Positions 38,100-53,600 of a DNA stretch of 64,000 nucleotides are shown here, one piece after another (the first letter of the stretch is position 1; each line of letters opens with the position of its first letter). Source of the DNA: Eledone cirrhosa (taxonomy: Eukaryota); contig OZ024742.1 of NCBI GenBank assembly GCA_964016885.1, forward strand, positions 341,744,001-341,808,000, read 5' to 3'. Below the pieces are notes generated by a model, which was given only the letters and a program-made list of their open reading frames with translations, was not told where the DNA came from and ran no database searches. The position numbers were made by a program, and so were the translations under genes.

Positions 38100-41000
38100 A
38101 CAATATTTAGTAAAACGCTGTTTCACTCTACACGATACATCAGTGTTCTATCGAGAGTGTTAGCTTCATTCTAATATTTATTAAAACCCTGTTTCACTCT
38201 ACCCGGTACACCAGTCTTCTATGGAGGGAGTTAACTTCATTACAATATTTATTAAAATCCTGTTTCACTCTACACGGTACACCAGTGTTCTATCGAGAGT
38301 GTTAGCTTCATTACAATATTTATTAAAACACTGTTTCATTCTACACGGTACACCAGTGTTCTATCGAGAGTGTAGCTTCATTACAATATTTATTAAAACC
38401 CTGTTTCACTCTACACGGTACACCAGTCTTCTATGGATGGAGTTAACTTCATTACAATATTTATTAAAATCCTGTTTCACTCTACACGGTACACCAGTGT
38501 TCTATCGAGAGTGTTAGCTTGATTACAATATTTATTAAAACCCTGTTTCATTCTACAAGGTAAACCAGTGTTCTATCGAGAGTGTAGCTTCATTACAATA
38601 TTTATTAAAACCCTGTTTCACTCTACACGGTACATCAGTGCTCTATCGAGAATGTTAGCTTCATTACAATATTTAGTAAAACCCTGTTTCACTCTACACG
38701 GTACATCAGTGCTCTATCGAGAGTGTTAGCTTTATAACAATATTTATTAAAACCCTGTTTCACTCTACACGGTACATCAGTGTTCTATCAAGAGTGTTAG
38801 CTTCATTACAATATTCATCAAAACCCTGTTTCACTCTACACGGTACATCAGTGCTCTATCGAGAGTGTTAGCTATATAACAATATTTATTAAAAACCTGT
38901 TACACTCTACACGGTACATCAGTGCTCTATCGAGAGCGTTAGCTTCTTTACAATATTTATTAAAACCCTGTTTCACTCTACACGGTACATCAGTGTTCTA
39001 TCGAGAGTGTTAGCTTCATTACAATATTTAGTAAAACCCTGTTTCACTCTACACGATACATCAGTGCTCTATCGAGAGTGTAGCTTCATTACAATATTTA
39101 TTAAAATCCTGTTTTACTCTACACGGTACATCAGTGCTCTATCGAGAGTGTTAGCTTCATTACAATATTTATTAAAACCCTGTTTCAATCTACACGGTAC
39201 ATCAGTGTTCTATCGGGAGTGTTAGCTTCATTACAATATTTAATATAACCCTGTTTCACTCTACACGGTACATCAGTGTGCTATCGGTAGTGTTAGCTTC
39301 ATTACAATATTTAGTAAAAACCTGTTTCACTCTACACGGTACATCAGTGTTCTATCGAGAGTGTTAGCTTCATTACAATATTTAGTAAAACCCTGTTTCA
39401 CTCTACACGGTACATCAGTACTCTATCGAGAGTGTTAGCTTCATTACAATATTTAGTAAAACCCTGTTTCACCCTACACGGTACATCAGTACTCTATCGA
39501 GAGTGTTAGCTTCATTACAATAATTATTAAAACCCTGTTTCACTCTACACGGTACATCCGTGTTCTATCGGGAGTGTTAGCTTCATTACAATATTTATTA
39601 AAACCCTGTTTCACTCTACACGGTACACCAGTGTTCTATCGAGAGTGTTACCTTCAATACAATATTTTTTAAAACCCTGTTTCACTCTACACGGTACATC
39701 AGTGTTCTATCGAGAGTGTAGCTTCATTACAATATTTATTAAAACCCTGTTTCACTCTACACGGTACATCAGTGCTCTATCGAGAATGTTAGCTTCATTA
39801 CAATATTTAGTAAAAGCCTGTTTCACTCTACACGGTACATCAGTGCTCTATGGAGAGTGTTAGCTTTATAACAATATTTATTAATACCCTGTTTCACTCT
39901 ACACGGTACATCAGTGCTCTATCGAGAGTGTTAGCTATATAACAATATTTATTAAAAACCTGTTACACTCTACACGGTACATCAGTGCTCTATCGAGAAC
40001 GTTAGCTTCTTTACAATATTTATTAAAACCCTGTTTCACTCTACACGGTACATCAGTGTTCTATCGAGAGTGTTAGCTTCATTACAATATTTAGTAAAAC
40101 CCTGTTTCACTCTACACGATACATCAGTGCTCTATCGAGAGTGTAGCTTCATTACAATATTTATTAAAACCCTGTTTCACTCTACACGGTACATCAGTGT
40201 TCTATCGAGAGTGTTAGCTTCATTACAATATTTAGTAAAACCCTGCTTCACTCTACACGATACATCAGTGCTCTATCGAGAGTGTAGCTTCATTACAATA
40301 TTTATTAAAATCCTGTTTTACTCTACACGGTACATCAGTGCTCTACCGAGAGTGTTAGCTTCATTACAATATTTATTAAAACCCTGTTTCAATCTACACG
40401 GTACATCAGTGTTCTATCGGGAGTGTTAGCTTCATTACAATATTTAGTAAAACGCTGTTTCACTCTACACGGTACATCAGTGTTCTATCGAGAGTGTTAG
40501 CTTTATAACAATATTTATTAAAACCCTGTTTCACTCTACCCGGTACACCAGTCTTCTATGGAGGGAGTTAACTTCATTACAATATTTATTAAAATCCTGT
40601 TTCACTCTACACGGTACACCAGTGTTCTATCGAGAGTGTTAGCTTCATTACAATATTTATTAAAACACTGTTTCATTCTACACGGTACACCAGTGTTCTA
40701 TCGAGAGTGTAGCTTCATTACAATATTTATTAAAACCCTGTTTCACTCTACACGGTACACCAGTGTTCTATCGAGAGTGTTAGCTTCATTACAATATTCA
40801 TTAAAACCCTGTTTCACTCTACACGGTACATCAGTGCTCTATCGAGAGTGTAGCTTCATTACGATATTTATTAAAACCCTGTTTCACTCTACACGGTACA
40901 CCAGTCTTCTATGGATGGAGTTAACTTCATTACAATATTTATTAAAATCCTGTTTCACTCTACACTGTACACCAGTGTTCTATCGAGAGTGTTAGCTTGA

Positions 41001-44000
41001 TTACAATATTTATTAAAACCCTGTTTCATTCTACAAGGTAAACCAGTGTTCTATCGAGAGTGTAGCTTCATTACAATATTTATTAAAACCCTGTTTCACT
41101 CTACACTGTACATCAGTGCTCTATCGAGAATGTTAGCTTCATTACAATATTTAGTAAAACCCTGTTTCACTCTACACGGTACATCAGTGCTCTATCGAGA
41201 GTGTTAGCTTTATAACAATATTTATTAAAACCCTGTTTCACTCTACACGGTACATCAGTGTTCTATCAAGAGTGTTAGCTTCATTACAATATTCATCAAA
41301 ACCCTGTTTCACTCTACACGGTACATCAGTGCTCTATCGAGAGTGTTAGCTATATAACAATATTTATTAAAAACCTGTTACACTCTACACGGTACATCAG
41401 TGCTCTATCGAGAGCGTTAGCTTCTTTACAATATTTATTAAAACCCTGTTTCACTCTACACGGTACATCAGTATTCTATCGAGAGTGTTAGCTTCATTAC
41501 AATATTTAGTAAAACCCTGTTTCACTCTACACGATACATCAGTGCTCTATCGAGAGTGTAGCTTCATTACAATATTTATTAAAATCCTGTTTTACTCTAC
41601 ACGGTACATCAGTGCTCTATCGAGAGTGTTAGCTTCATTACAATATTTATTAAAACCCTGTTTCAATCTACACGGTACATCAGTGTTCTATCGGGAGTGT
41701 TAGCTTCATTACAATATTTAGTATAACCCTGTTTCACTCTACACGGTACATCAGTGTGCTATCGGTAGTGTTAGCTTCATTACAATATTTAGTAAAAACC
41801 TGTTTCACTCTACACGGTACATCAGTGTTCTATCGAGAGTGTTAGCTTCATTACAATATTTAGTAAAACCCTGTTTCACTCTACACGGTACATCAGTACT
41901 CTATCGAGAGTGTTAGCTTCATTACAATATTTAGTAAAACCCTGTTTCACCCTACACGGTACATCAGTACTCTATCGAGAGTGTTAGCTTCATTACAATA
42001 ATTATTAAAACCCTGTTTCACTCTACACGGTACATCCGTGTTCTATCGGGAGTGTTAGCTTCATTACAATATTTATTAAAACCCTGTTTCACTCTACACG
42101 GTACACCAGTGTTCTATCGAGAGTGTTACCTTCAATACAATATTTTTTAAAACCCTGTTTCACTCTACACGGTACATCAGTGTTCTATCGAGAGTGTAGC
42201 TTCATTACAATATTTATTAAAACCCTGTTTCACTCTACACGGTACATCAGTGCTCTATCGAGAATGTTAGCTTCATTAAAATATTTAGTAAAACCCTGTT
42301 TCACTCTACACGGTACATCAGTGCTCTATGGAGAGTGTTAGCTTTATAACAATATTTATTAATACCCTGTTTCACTCTACACGGTACATCAGTGCTCTAT
42401 CGAGAGTGTTAGCTTCATTACAATATTTAGTAAAACGCTGTTTCACTCTACACGATACATCAGTGTTCTATCGAGAGTGTTAGCTTCATTCTAATATTTA
42501 TTAAAACCCTGTTTCACTCTACCCGGTACACCAGTCTTCTATGGAGGGAGTTAACTTCATTACAATATTTATTAAAATCCTGTTTCACTCTACACGGTAC
42601 ACCAGTGTTCTATCGAGAGTGTTAGCTTCATTACAATATTTATTAAAACACTGTTTCATTCTACACGGTACACCAGTGTTCTATCGAGAGTGTAGCTTCA
42701 TTACAATATTCATTAAAACCCTGTTTCACTCTACACGGTACATCAGTGCTCTATCGAGAGTGTAGCTTCATTACAATATTTATTAAAACCCTGTTTCACT
42801 CTACACGGTACACCAGTCTTCTATGGATGGAGTTAACTTCATTACAATATTTATTAAAATCCTGTTTCACTCTACACGGTACACCAGTGTTCTATCGAGA
42901 GTGTTAGCTTGATTACAATATTTATTAAAACCCTGTTTCATTCTACAAGGTAAACCAGTGTTCTATCGAGAGTGTAGCTTCATTACAATATTTATTAAAA
43001 CCCTGTTTCACTCTACACGGTACATCAGTGCTCTATCGAGAATGTTAGCTTCATTACAATATTTAGTAAAACCCTGTTTCACTCTACACGGTACATCAGT
43101 GCTCTATCGAGAGTGTTAGCTTTATAACAATATTTATTAAAACCCTGTTTCACTCTACACGGTACATCAGTGTTCTATCAAGAGTGTTAGCTTCATTACA
43201 ATATTCATCAAAACCCTGTTTCACTCTACACGGTACATCAGTGCTCTATCGAGAGTGTTAGCTATATAACAATATTTATTAAAAACCTGTTACACTCTAC
43301 ACGGTACATCAGTGCTCTATCGAGAGCGTTAGCTTCTTTACAATATTTATTAAAACCCTGTTTCACTCTACACGGTACATCAGTGTTCTATCGAGAGTGT
43401 TAGCTTCATTACAATATTTAGTAAAACCCTGTTTCACTCTACACGATACATCAGTGCTCTATCGAGAGTGTAGCTTCATTACAATATTTATTAAAATCCT
43501 GTTTTACTCTACACGGTACATCAGTGCTCTATCGAGAGTGTTAGCTTCATTACAATATTTATTAAAACCCTGTTTCAATCTACACGGTACATCAGTGTTC
43601 TATCGGGAGTGTTAGCTTCATTACAATATTTAGTATAACCCTGTTTCACTCTACACGGTACATCAGTGTGCTATCGGTAGTGTTAGCTTCATTACAATAT
43701 TTAGTAAAAACCTGTTTCACTCTACACGGTACATCAGTGTTCTATCGAGAGTGTTAGCTTCATTACAATATTTAGTAAAACCCTGTTTCACTCTACACGG
43801 TACATCAGTACTCTATCGAGAGTGTTAGCTTCATTACAATATTTAGTAAAACCCTGTTTCACCCTACACGGTACATCAGTACTCTATCGAGAGTGTTAGC
43901 TTCATTACAATAATTATTAAAACCCTGTTTCACTCTACACGGTACATCCGTGTTCTATCGGGAGTGTTAGCTTCATTACAATATTTATTAAAACCCTGTT

Positions 44001-44450
44001 TCACTCTACACGGTACACCAGTGTTCTATCGAGAGTGTTACCTTCAATACAATATTTTTTAAAACCCTGTTTCACTCTACACGGTACATCAGTGTTCTAT
44101 CGAGAGTGTAGCTTCATTACAATATTTATTAAAACCCTGTTTCACTCTACACGGTACATCAGTGCTCTATCGAGAATGTTAGCTTCATTACAATATTTAG
44201 TAAAACCCTGTTTCACTCTACACGGTACATCAGTGCTCTATGGAGAGTGTTAGCTTTATAACAATATTTATTAATACCCTGTTTCACTCTACACGGTACA
44301 TCAGTGCTCTATCGAGAGTGTTAGCTATATAACAATATTTATTAAAAACCTGTTACACTCTACACGGTACATCAGTGCTCTATCGAGAGCGTTAGCTTCT
44401 TTACAATATTTATTAAAACCCTGTTTCACTCTACACGGTACATCAGTGTT
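38100..44450. repeat. Variable-length HOR with 35-monomer (2,478 bp) and 27-monomer (1,912 bp) periods
   Basis: AAGGTAAACC at 38557, 41035 and 42947; ORFs at 39007/41485/43397 and 39645/42123/44035. Confidence 0.85.
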
Positions 44451-47400
44451 CTATCGAGAGTGTTAGCTTCATTACAATATTTAGTAAAACCCTGTTTCAC
44501 TCTACACGATACATCAGTGCTCTATCGAGAGTGTAGCTTCATTACAATATTTATTAAAACCCTGTTTCACTCTACACGGTACATCAGTGTTCTATCGAGA
44601 GTGTTAGCTTCATTACAATATTTAGTAAAACCCTGCTTCACTCTACACGATACATCAGTGCTCTATCGAGAGTGTAGCTTCATTACAATATTTATTAAAA
44701 TCCTGTTTTACTCTACACGGTACATCAGTGTGCTATCGGTAGTGTTAGCTTCATTACAATATTTAGTAAAAACCTGTTTCACTCTACACGGTACATCAGT
44801 ATTCTATCGAGAGTGTAGCTTCATTACAATATTTATTAAAACCCTGTTTCACTCTACACGGTACATCAGTGCTCTATCGAGAATGTTAGCTTCATTACAA
44901 TATTTAGTAAAACCCTGTTTCACTCTACACGGTACATCAGTGCTCTATCGAGAGTGTTAGCTTTATAACAATATTTATTAAAACCCTGTTTCACTCTACA
45001 CGGTACATCAGTGTTCTATCAAGAGTGTTAGCTTCATTACAATATTCATCAAAACCCTGTTTCATTCTACACGGTACATCAGTGCTCTATCGAGAGTGTT
45101 AGCTATATAACAATATTTATTAAAAACCTGTTACACTCTACACGGTACATCAGTGCTCTATCGAGAGCGTTAGCTTCTTTACAATATTTATTAAAACCCT
45201 GTTTCACTCTACACGGTACATCAGTGTTCTATCGAGAGTGTTAGCTTCATTACAATATTTAGTAAAACCCTGTTTCACTCTACACGATACATCAGTGCTC
45301 TATCGAGAGTGTAGCTTCATTACAATATTTATTAAAATCCTGTTTTACTCTACACGGTACATCAGTGCTCTATCGAGAGTGTTAGCTTCATTACAATATT
45401 TATTAAAACCCTGTTTCAATCTACACGGTACATCAGTGTTCTATCGGGAGTGTTAGCTTCATTACAATATTTAGTAAAAACCTGTTTCACTCTACACGGT
45501 ACATCAGTGTTCTATCGAGAGTGTTAGCTTCATTACAATATTTAGTAAAACCCTGTTTCACTCTACACGGTACATCAGTACTCTATCGAGAGTGTTAGCT
45601 TCATTACAATATTTAGTAAAACCCTGTTTCACCCTACACGGTACATCAGTACTCTATCGAGAGTGTTAGCTTCATTACAATAATTATTAAAACCCTGTTT
45701 CACTCTACACGGTACATCCGTGTTCTATCGGGAGTGTTAGCTTCATTACAATATTTATTAAAACCCTGTTTCACTCTACACGGTACACCAGTGTTCTATC
45801 GAGAGTGTTACCTTCAATACAATATTTTTTAAAACCCTGTTTCACTCTACACGGTACATCAGTGTTCTATCGAGAGTGTAGCTTCATTACAATATTTATT
45901 AAAACCCTGTTTCACTCTACACGGTACATCAGTGCTCTATCGAGAATGTTAGCTTCATTACAATATTTAGTAAAATCCTGTTTCACTCTACACGGTACAT
46001 CAGTGCTCTATGGACAGTGTTAGCTTTATAACAATATTTATTAATACCCTGTTTCACTCTACACGGTACATCAGTGCTCTATCGAGAGTGTTAGCTATAT
46101 AACAATATTTATTAAAAACCTGTTACACTCTACACGGTACATCAGTGCTCTATCGAGAGCGTTAGCTTCTTTACAATATTTAGTAAAACCCTGTTTCACT
46201 CTACACGATACATCAGTGCTCTATCGAGATTGTAGCTTCATTACAATATTTATTAAAATCCTGTTTTACTCTAGACGGTACATCAGTGCTCTACCGAGAG
46301 TGTTAGCTTCATTACAATATTTATTAAAACCCTGTTTCAATCTACACGGTACATCAGTGTTCTATCGGGAGCGTTAGCTTCATTACAATATTTAGTAAAA
46401 CGCTGTTTCACTCTACACGGTACATCAGTGCTCTATCGAGAATGTTAGCTTCATTACAATATGTAGTAAAACCCTGTTTCAATCTACACGGTACATCAGT
46501 GTTCTATCGGGAGCGTTAGCTTCATTACAATATTTAGTAAAACGCTGTTTCACTCTACACGGTACATCAGTGCTCTATCGAGAATGTTAGCTTCATTACA
46601 ATATTTAGTAAAACCCTGTTTCACTCTACACGGTACATCAGTGCTCTATCGAGAGTGTTAGCTTTATAACAATATTTATTAATACCCTGTTTCACTCTAC
46701 ACGGTACATCAGTGCTCTATCGAGAGTGTTAGCTATATAACAATATTTATTAAAAACCTGTTACACTCTACACGGTACATCAGTGCTCTATCGAGAGCGT
46801 TAGCTTCTTTACAATATTTATTAAAACCCTATTTCACTTTACACAGTACATCAGTGTTATATCGAGAGTGTTAGCTTCATTACAATATTTAGTAAAACCC
46901 TGTTTCACTCTACACGATACATCAGTGCTCTATCGAGATTGTAGCTTCATTACAATATTTATTAAAATCCTGTTTTACTCTACACGGTACATCAGTGCTC
47001 TATCGAGAGTGTTAGCTTCATTACAATATTTATTAAAACCCTGTTTCAATCTACACGGTACATCAGTGTTCTATCGGGAGTGTTAGCTTCATTACAATAT
47101 TTAGTAAAACGCTGTTTCACTCTACACGGTACATCAGTGTTCTATCGAGAGTGTTAGCTTCATTCCAATATTTATTAAAACCCTGTTTCACTCTACACGG
47201 TACACCAGTCTTCTATGGAGAGTGTTAACTTCATTACAATATTTATTAAAATCCTGTTTCACTCTACACGGTACATCAGTGTTCTATCGAGAGTGTTAGC
47301 TTCATTACAATATTTAGTAAAACCCTGTTTCACTATACACGGTACACCAGTCTTCTATGGAGAGTGTTAACTTCATTACAATATTTATTAAAATCCTGTT

Positions 47401-48560
47401 TCACTCTACACGGTACACAAGTGTTCTATCGAGAGTGTAGCTTCATTACAATATTTATTAAAACCCTGTTTCACTCTACACGGTACATCAGTGTTCTATC
47501 GAGAGTGTTAACTTCATTACAATTTTTAGTAAAACCCTGTTTCATTCTACACGGTACATCAGTGCTCTGTCGAGAGCGTTAGCTTCTTTACAATATTTAT
47601 TAAAACCCTGTTTCACTCTACACGGTACACCAGTCTTATATGGAGAGTGTTAGTTCATTACAATATTTATTAAAACCCTGTTTCACTCTACACGGTACAT
47701 CAGTGTTCTATCGAGAGTGTTAGCTTCATTACAATATTTAGTAAAACCCTGTTTCACGCTACACGGTACATCAGTGCTCTATCGAGAGTGTTAGCTTCAT
47801 TACAATATTTATTAAAACCCTGTTTCACTCTACACGGTACATCAGTGTGCTATCGAGAGTGTTAGTTCATTACAATATTTAGTAAAACCCTGTTTCACTC
47901 TACACGGTACATCAGTGTTCTATCGAGAGTGTTAGCTTCATTACAATATTTAGTAAAACGCTGTTTCACTCTACACGATACATCAGTGTTCTATCGAGAG
48001 TGTTAGCTTCATTCTAATATTTATTAAAACCCTGTTTCACTCTACCCGGTACACCAGTCTTCTATGGAGGGAGTTAACTTCATTACAATATTTATTAAAA
48101 TCCTGTTTCACTCTACACGGTACACCAGTGTTCTATCGAGAGTGTTAGCTTCATTACAATATTTATTAAAACACTGTTTCATTCTACACGGTACACCAGT
48201 GTTCTATCGAGAGTGTAGCTTCATTACAATATTCATTAAAACCCTGTTTCACTCTACACGGTACATCAGTGCTCTATCGAGAGTGTAGCTTCATTACAAT
48301 ATTTATTAAAACCCTGTTTCACTCTACACGGTACACCAGTCTTCTATGGATGGAGTTAACTTCATTACAATATTTATTAAAATCCTGTTTCACTCTACAC
48401 GGTACACCAGTGTTCTATCGAGAGTGTTAGCTTGATTACAATATTTATTAAAACCCTGTTTCATTCTACAAGGTAAACCAGTGTTCTATCGAGAGTGTAG
48501 CTTCATTACAATATTTATTAAAACCCTGTTTCACTCTACACGGTACATCAGTGCTCTATC
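43000..48560. repeat. Long paralogous copy of ~33350-38650 (offset about 9.6-9.9 kb)
   Basis: Private markers are shared: TGGACAGT at 36167 and 46011, and CCCTATTTCACTTTACACAGT at ~36983 and ~46827. ORF offsets run 9631, 9702, 9773, 9844, 9844, 9843. Confidence 0.9.
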
Positions 48561-50620
48561 GAGAGTGTTAGCTTCATTACAATTTTTAGTAAAACCCTGT
48601 TTCACTCTACACGGTACATCAGTGCTCTATCGAGAGTGTTAACTTTATAACAATATTTATTAAAAGACATTTTCACTCTACACGGTACATCAGTGCTCTA
48701 TCGAGAGCCTTAGCTTCTTTACAATATTTATTAAAACCCTGTTTCACTCTACACGGTACATCAGTGTTCTATCGAGAGTGTTAGCTTCATTACAATATTT
48801 AGTAAAACCCTGTTTCACTCTACACGGTACACCAGTCTTCTATGGATGGAGTTAACTTCATTACAATATTCATTAAAACCCGGTTTCACTCTACACGGTA
48901 CATCAGTGCTCTATCGAGAGTTTTAGCTTCATTACAATATTTAGTAAAACCCTGTTTCACTCTACACGGTACACCAGTGTTCTATCAAGAGTGTTAGCTT
49001 CATTACAATATTTAGTAAAACCCTGTTTCCCCTTACACGTTACATCAGTGTTCTATCGAGAGTGTTAGTTCATTACAATATTTATTAAAACCCTGTTTCA
49101 CTCTACACGGTACATCAGTGTTCTATCGAGAGTGTTAGCTTCATTACAATATTTAGTAAAACCCTGTTTCACGCTACACGGTACATCAGTGCTCTATCGA
49201 GAGTGTTAGCTTCATTACAATATTTATTAAAACCCTGTTTCACTCTACACGGTACATCAGTGTGCTATCGAGAGTGTTAGTTCATTACAATATTTAGTAA
49301 AACCCTGTTTCACTCTACACGGTACATCAGTGTTCTATCGAGAGTGTTAGCTTCATTACAATATTTAGTAAAACCCTGTTTCACGCTACACGGTACATCA
49401 GTGCTCTATCGAGAGTGTTAGCTTCATTACAATATTTATTAAAACCCTGTTTCACTCTACACGGTACATCAGTGTTCTATCGAGAGTGTTAGCTTCATTA
49501 CAATATTTAGTAAAACCCTGTTTCACTGTACACGGTACATCAGTGTTCTATCAAGAGTGTTAGCTTCATTACAATATTCATTAAAACCCTGTTTCACTCT
49601 ACACGGTACATCAGTGCTCTATCGAGAGTGTAGCTTCATTACAATATTTATTAAAATCCTGTTTTACTCTACACGGTACATCAGTGCTCTATCGAGAGTG
49701 TTAGCTTCATTACAATATTTAGTAAAACGCTGTTTCACTCTACACGATACATCAGTGTTCTATCGAGAGTGTTAGCTTCATTCTAATATTTATTAAAACC
49801 CTGTTTCACTCTACCCGGTACACCAGTCTTCTATGGAGGGAGTTAACTTCATTACAATATTTATTAAAATCCTGTTTCACTCTACACGGTACACCAGTGT
49901 TCTATCGAGAGTGTAGCTTCATTACAATATTCATTAAAACCCTGTTTCACTCTACACGGTACATCAGTGCTCTATCGAGAGTGTAGCTTCATTACAATAT
50001 TTATTAAAACCCTGTTTCACTCTACACGGTACACCAGTCTTCTATGGATGGAGTTAACTTCATTACAATATTTATTAAAATCCTGTTTCACTCTACACGG
50101 TACACCAGTGTTCTATCGAGAGTGTTAGCTTCATTACAATTTTTAGTAAAACCCTGTTTCACTCTACACGGTACATCAGTGCTCTATCGAGAGTGTTAGC
50201 TTTATAACAATATTTATTAAAAGACATTTTCACTCTACACGGTACATCAGTGCTCTATCGAGAGCCTTAGCTTCTTTACAATATTTATTAAAACCCTGTT
50301 TCACTCTACACGGTACATCAGTGTTCTATCGAGAGTGTTAGCTTCATTACAATATTTAGTAAAACCCTGTTTCACTCTACACGGTACACCAGGCTTCTAT
50401 GGATGGAGTTAACTTCATTACAATATTCATTAAAACCCGGTTTCACTCTACACGGTACATCAGTGCTCTATCGAGAGTTTTAGCTTCATTACAATATTTA
50501 GTAAAACCCTGTTTCACTCTACACGGTACACCAGTGTTCTATCAAGAGTGTTAGCTTCAATACAATATTTAGTAAAACCCTGTTTCACCTTACACGTTAC
50601 ATCAGTGTTCTATCGAGAGT
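48540..50620. repeat. Local duplication with 1,557-bp (22-monomer) spacing
   Basis: AGACATTTT at 48665 and 50222. In both places it is followed by GAGCCTTAG, AACCCGGTTT and CTTACACGTTAC variants in the same order. Confidence 0.82.
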
Positions 50621-53600
50621 GTTAGCTTCATTACAATATTTAGTAAAACCCTCTTTCACTCTACACGGTACACCAGTCTTATATGGAGAGTGTTAACTTC
50701 ATTACAATATTTATTAAAACCCTGTTTCACAATACACGGTACATCAGTGTTCTATCGAGAGTGTTAGCTTCATTACAATATTTAGTAAAACCCTGTTTCA
50801 CTCTACACGGTAGATACGTGTTCTATCGAGAGTGTTAGCTTTATAACAATATTTATTAAAACCCTGTTTCACTCTACGCGGTACATCAGTGTTCTATCGA
50901 GAGTGTTAGCTTCATTACAATATTTAGTAAACCCTGTTTCACTCTACACGGTACATCAGTGTTCTATCGAGAGTGTTAGCTTCATTACAATATTTAGTAA
51001 AACCCTGTTTCACGCCGCACGGTACATCAGTGCTCTATCGAGAGTGTTAGCTTCATTACAATATTTATTAAAACCCTGTTTCACTCTACACGGTACATCA
51101 GTGTTCTATCGGGAGTGTTAGCTTCATTACAATATTTATTAAAACCTTGTTTCACGCTACACGGTACATCAGTGCTCTATCGAGAGTTTTAGCTTCATTA
51201 CAATATTTAGTAAAACCCTGTTTCACTCTACACGGTACATCAGTGTTCTATCGACTGTTAGCTTCATTACAATATTTATTAAAACCCTGTTTCACTCTAC
51301 ACGGTACACCAGTGTTCTATCAAGAGTGTTAGCTTCATTACAATATTTAGTAAAACCCTGTTTCACTCTACACGGTACATCACTGTTCTATCGAGAGTGT
51401 TAGCTTCATTACAATTTTTAGTAAAACCCTGTTTCACTCTACACGGTACATCAGTGCTCTATCGAGGGTGTTAGCTTCGTTACAATATTTATTAAAACCC
51501 TCTTTCACTCTACACGGTACACCAGTCTTATATGGAGAGTGTTAACTTCATTACAATATTTATTAAAACCCTGTTTCACTCTACACGGTACATCAGTGTT
51601 CTATCGAGAGTGTTCGCTTCATTACAATATTTAGTAAAACCCTGTTTCACTCTACACGGTACATCAGTGCTCAATCGAGAGTGTTAGCTTCATTACAATT
51701 TTTAGTAAAACCCTGTTTCACTCTACACGGTACATCAGTGCTCTATCGAGGGTGTTAGCTTCATTACAATATTTATTAAAACCCTCTTTAAATTCTACAC
51801 GGTACACCAGTCTTATATGGAGAGTGTTAACTTCATTACAATATTTATTAAAACCCTGTTTCACTCTACACGGTACATCAGTGTTCTATCGAGAGTGTTA
51901 GATTCATTACAATATTTAGTAAAACCCTGTTTCACTCTACACGGTACACCAGTCTTCTATGGAGAGTGTTAACTTCATTACAATATTTAGTAAAACCCTG
52001 TTTCAATCTACACGGTAGATACGTGTTCTATCGAGAGTGTTAGCTTTATAACAATATTTATTAAAACCCTGTTTCACTCTACACGGTACATCAGTGTTCT
52101 ATCGAGAGTGTTAGCTTCATTACAATATTTAGTAAACCCTGTTTCACTCTACACGGTACATCAGTGTTCTATCGAGAGTGTTAGCTTCATTACAATATTT
52201 AGTAAAACCCTGTTTCACGCTACACGGTACATCAGTGCTCTATCGAGGGTGTTAGCTTCATTACAATATTTATTAAAACCCTGTTTCACTCTACACGGTA
52301 CATCAATGTTCTATCGGGAGTGTTAGCTTCATTACAATATTTATAAAAACCCTGTTTCACGCTACACGGTACATCAGTGCTCTATCGAGAGTGTTAGCTT
52401 CATTACAATATTTATTAAAACCCTGTTTCACTCTACACGGTACATCAGTGCTCTATCGAGAGTGTTAGCTTCATTACAATATTTAGTAAACCCTGTTTCA
52501 CTCTACACGGTACATCAGTGTTCTATCGAGAGTGTTAGCTTCATTACAATATTTAGTAAAACCCTGTTTCACGCTACACGGTACATCAGTGCTCTATCGA
52601 GAGTGTTAGCTTCATTACAATATTTAGTAAAACCCTGTTTCACCCTACACGGTACGTCAGTACTCTATCGAGAATGTTAGCTTCATTACAATATTTAGTA
52701 AAACCCTGTTTCACTCTACACGGTACACCAGTGTTCTATCGAGAGTGTTAGCTTCATTACAATATTTAGTAAAACCCTGTTTCACTCTAGACGGTACATC
52801 AATGTTCTATCGAGAGTGTAGCTTCATTACAATATTTATTAAAACCCTGTTTCACTCTACACGGTACATCAGTGCTCTATCTAGAATGTTAGCTTCATTA
52901 CAATATTTAGTAAAACCCTGTTTCACTCTACACGGTACATCAGTGCTCTATCGAGAGTGTTAGCTTTATAACAATATTTATTAAAACCCTGGTTCACTCT
53001 ACACGGTACATCAGTGTTCTATCGAGAGTGTTAGCTTCATTACAATATTCATTAAAACCCTGTTTCACTCTACACGGTACATCAGTGCTCTATCGAGAGT
53101 GTTAGCTTTATAACAATATTTATTAAAACCCTGTTTCACTCTACACGGTACATCAGAGCTCTATCGAGAGCGTTAGCTCCTTTACAATATTTATTAAAAC
53201 CCTGTTTCACTATACACGGTACATCAGTGTTCTATCGAGAGTGTTAGCTTCATTACAATATTTAGTAAAACCCTGTTTCACTCTACACGATACATCAGTG
53301 CTCTATCGAGAGTGTAGCTTCATTACAATATTTAGTAAAACCCTGTTTTACTCTACACGGTACATCAGTGTTCTATCCGGAGTGTTAGCTTCATTACAAT
53401 ATTTAGTAAAACCCTGTTTCACTCTACTCGATACATCAGTGTTCTATCGAGAGTGTAGCTTCATTACAATATTTAGTAAAACCCTGTTTCACTCTACACG
53501 GTACATCAGTGCTCTATCGAGAGTGTTAGCTTCATTACAATATTCATTAAAACCCTGTTTCACTGTACACGGTACATCAGTGCTCTATCGAGAGTGTTAG

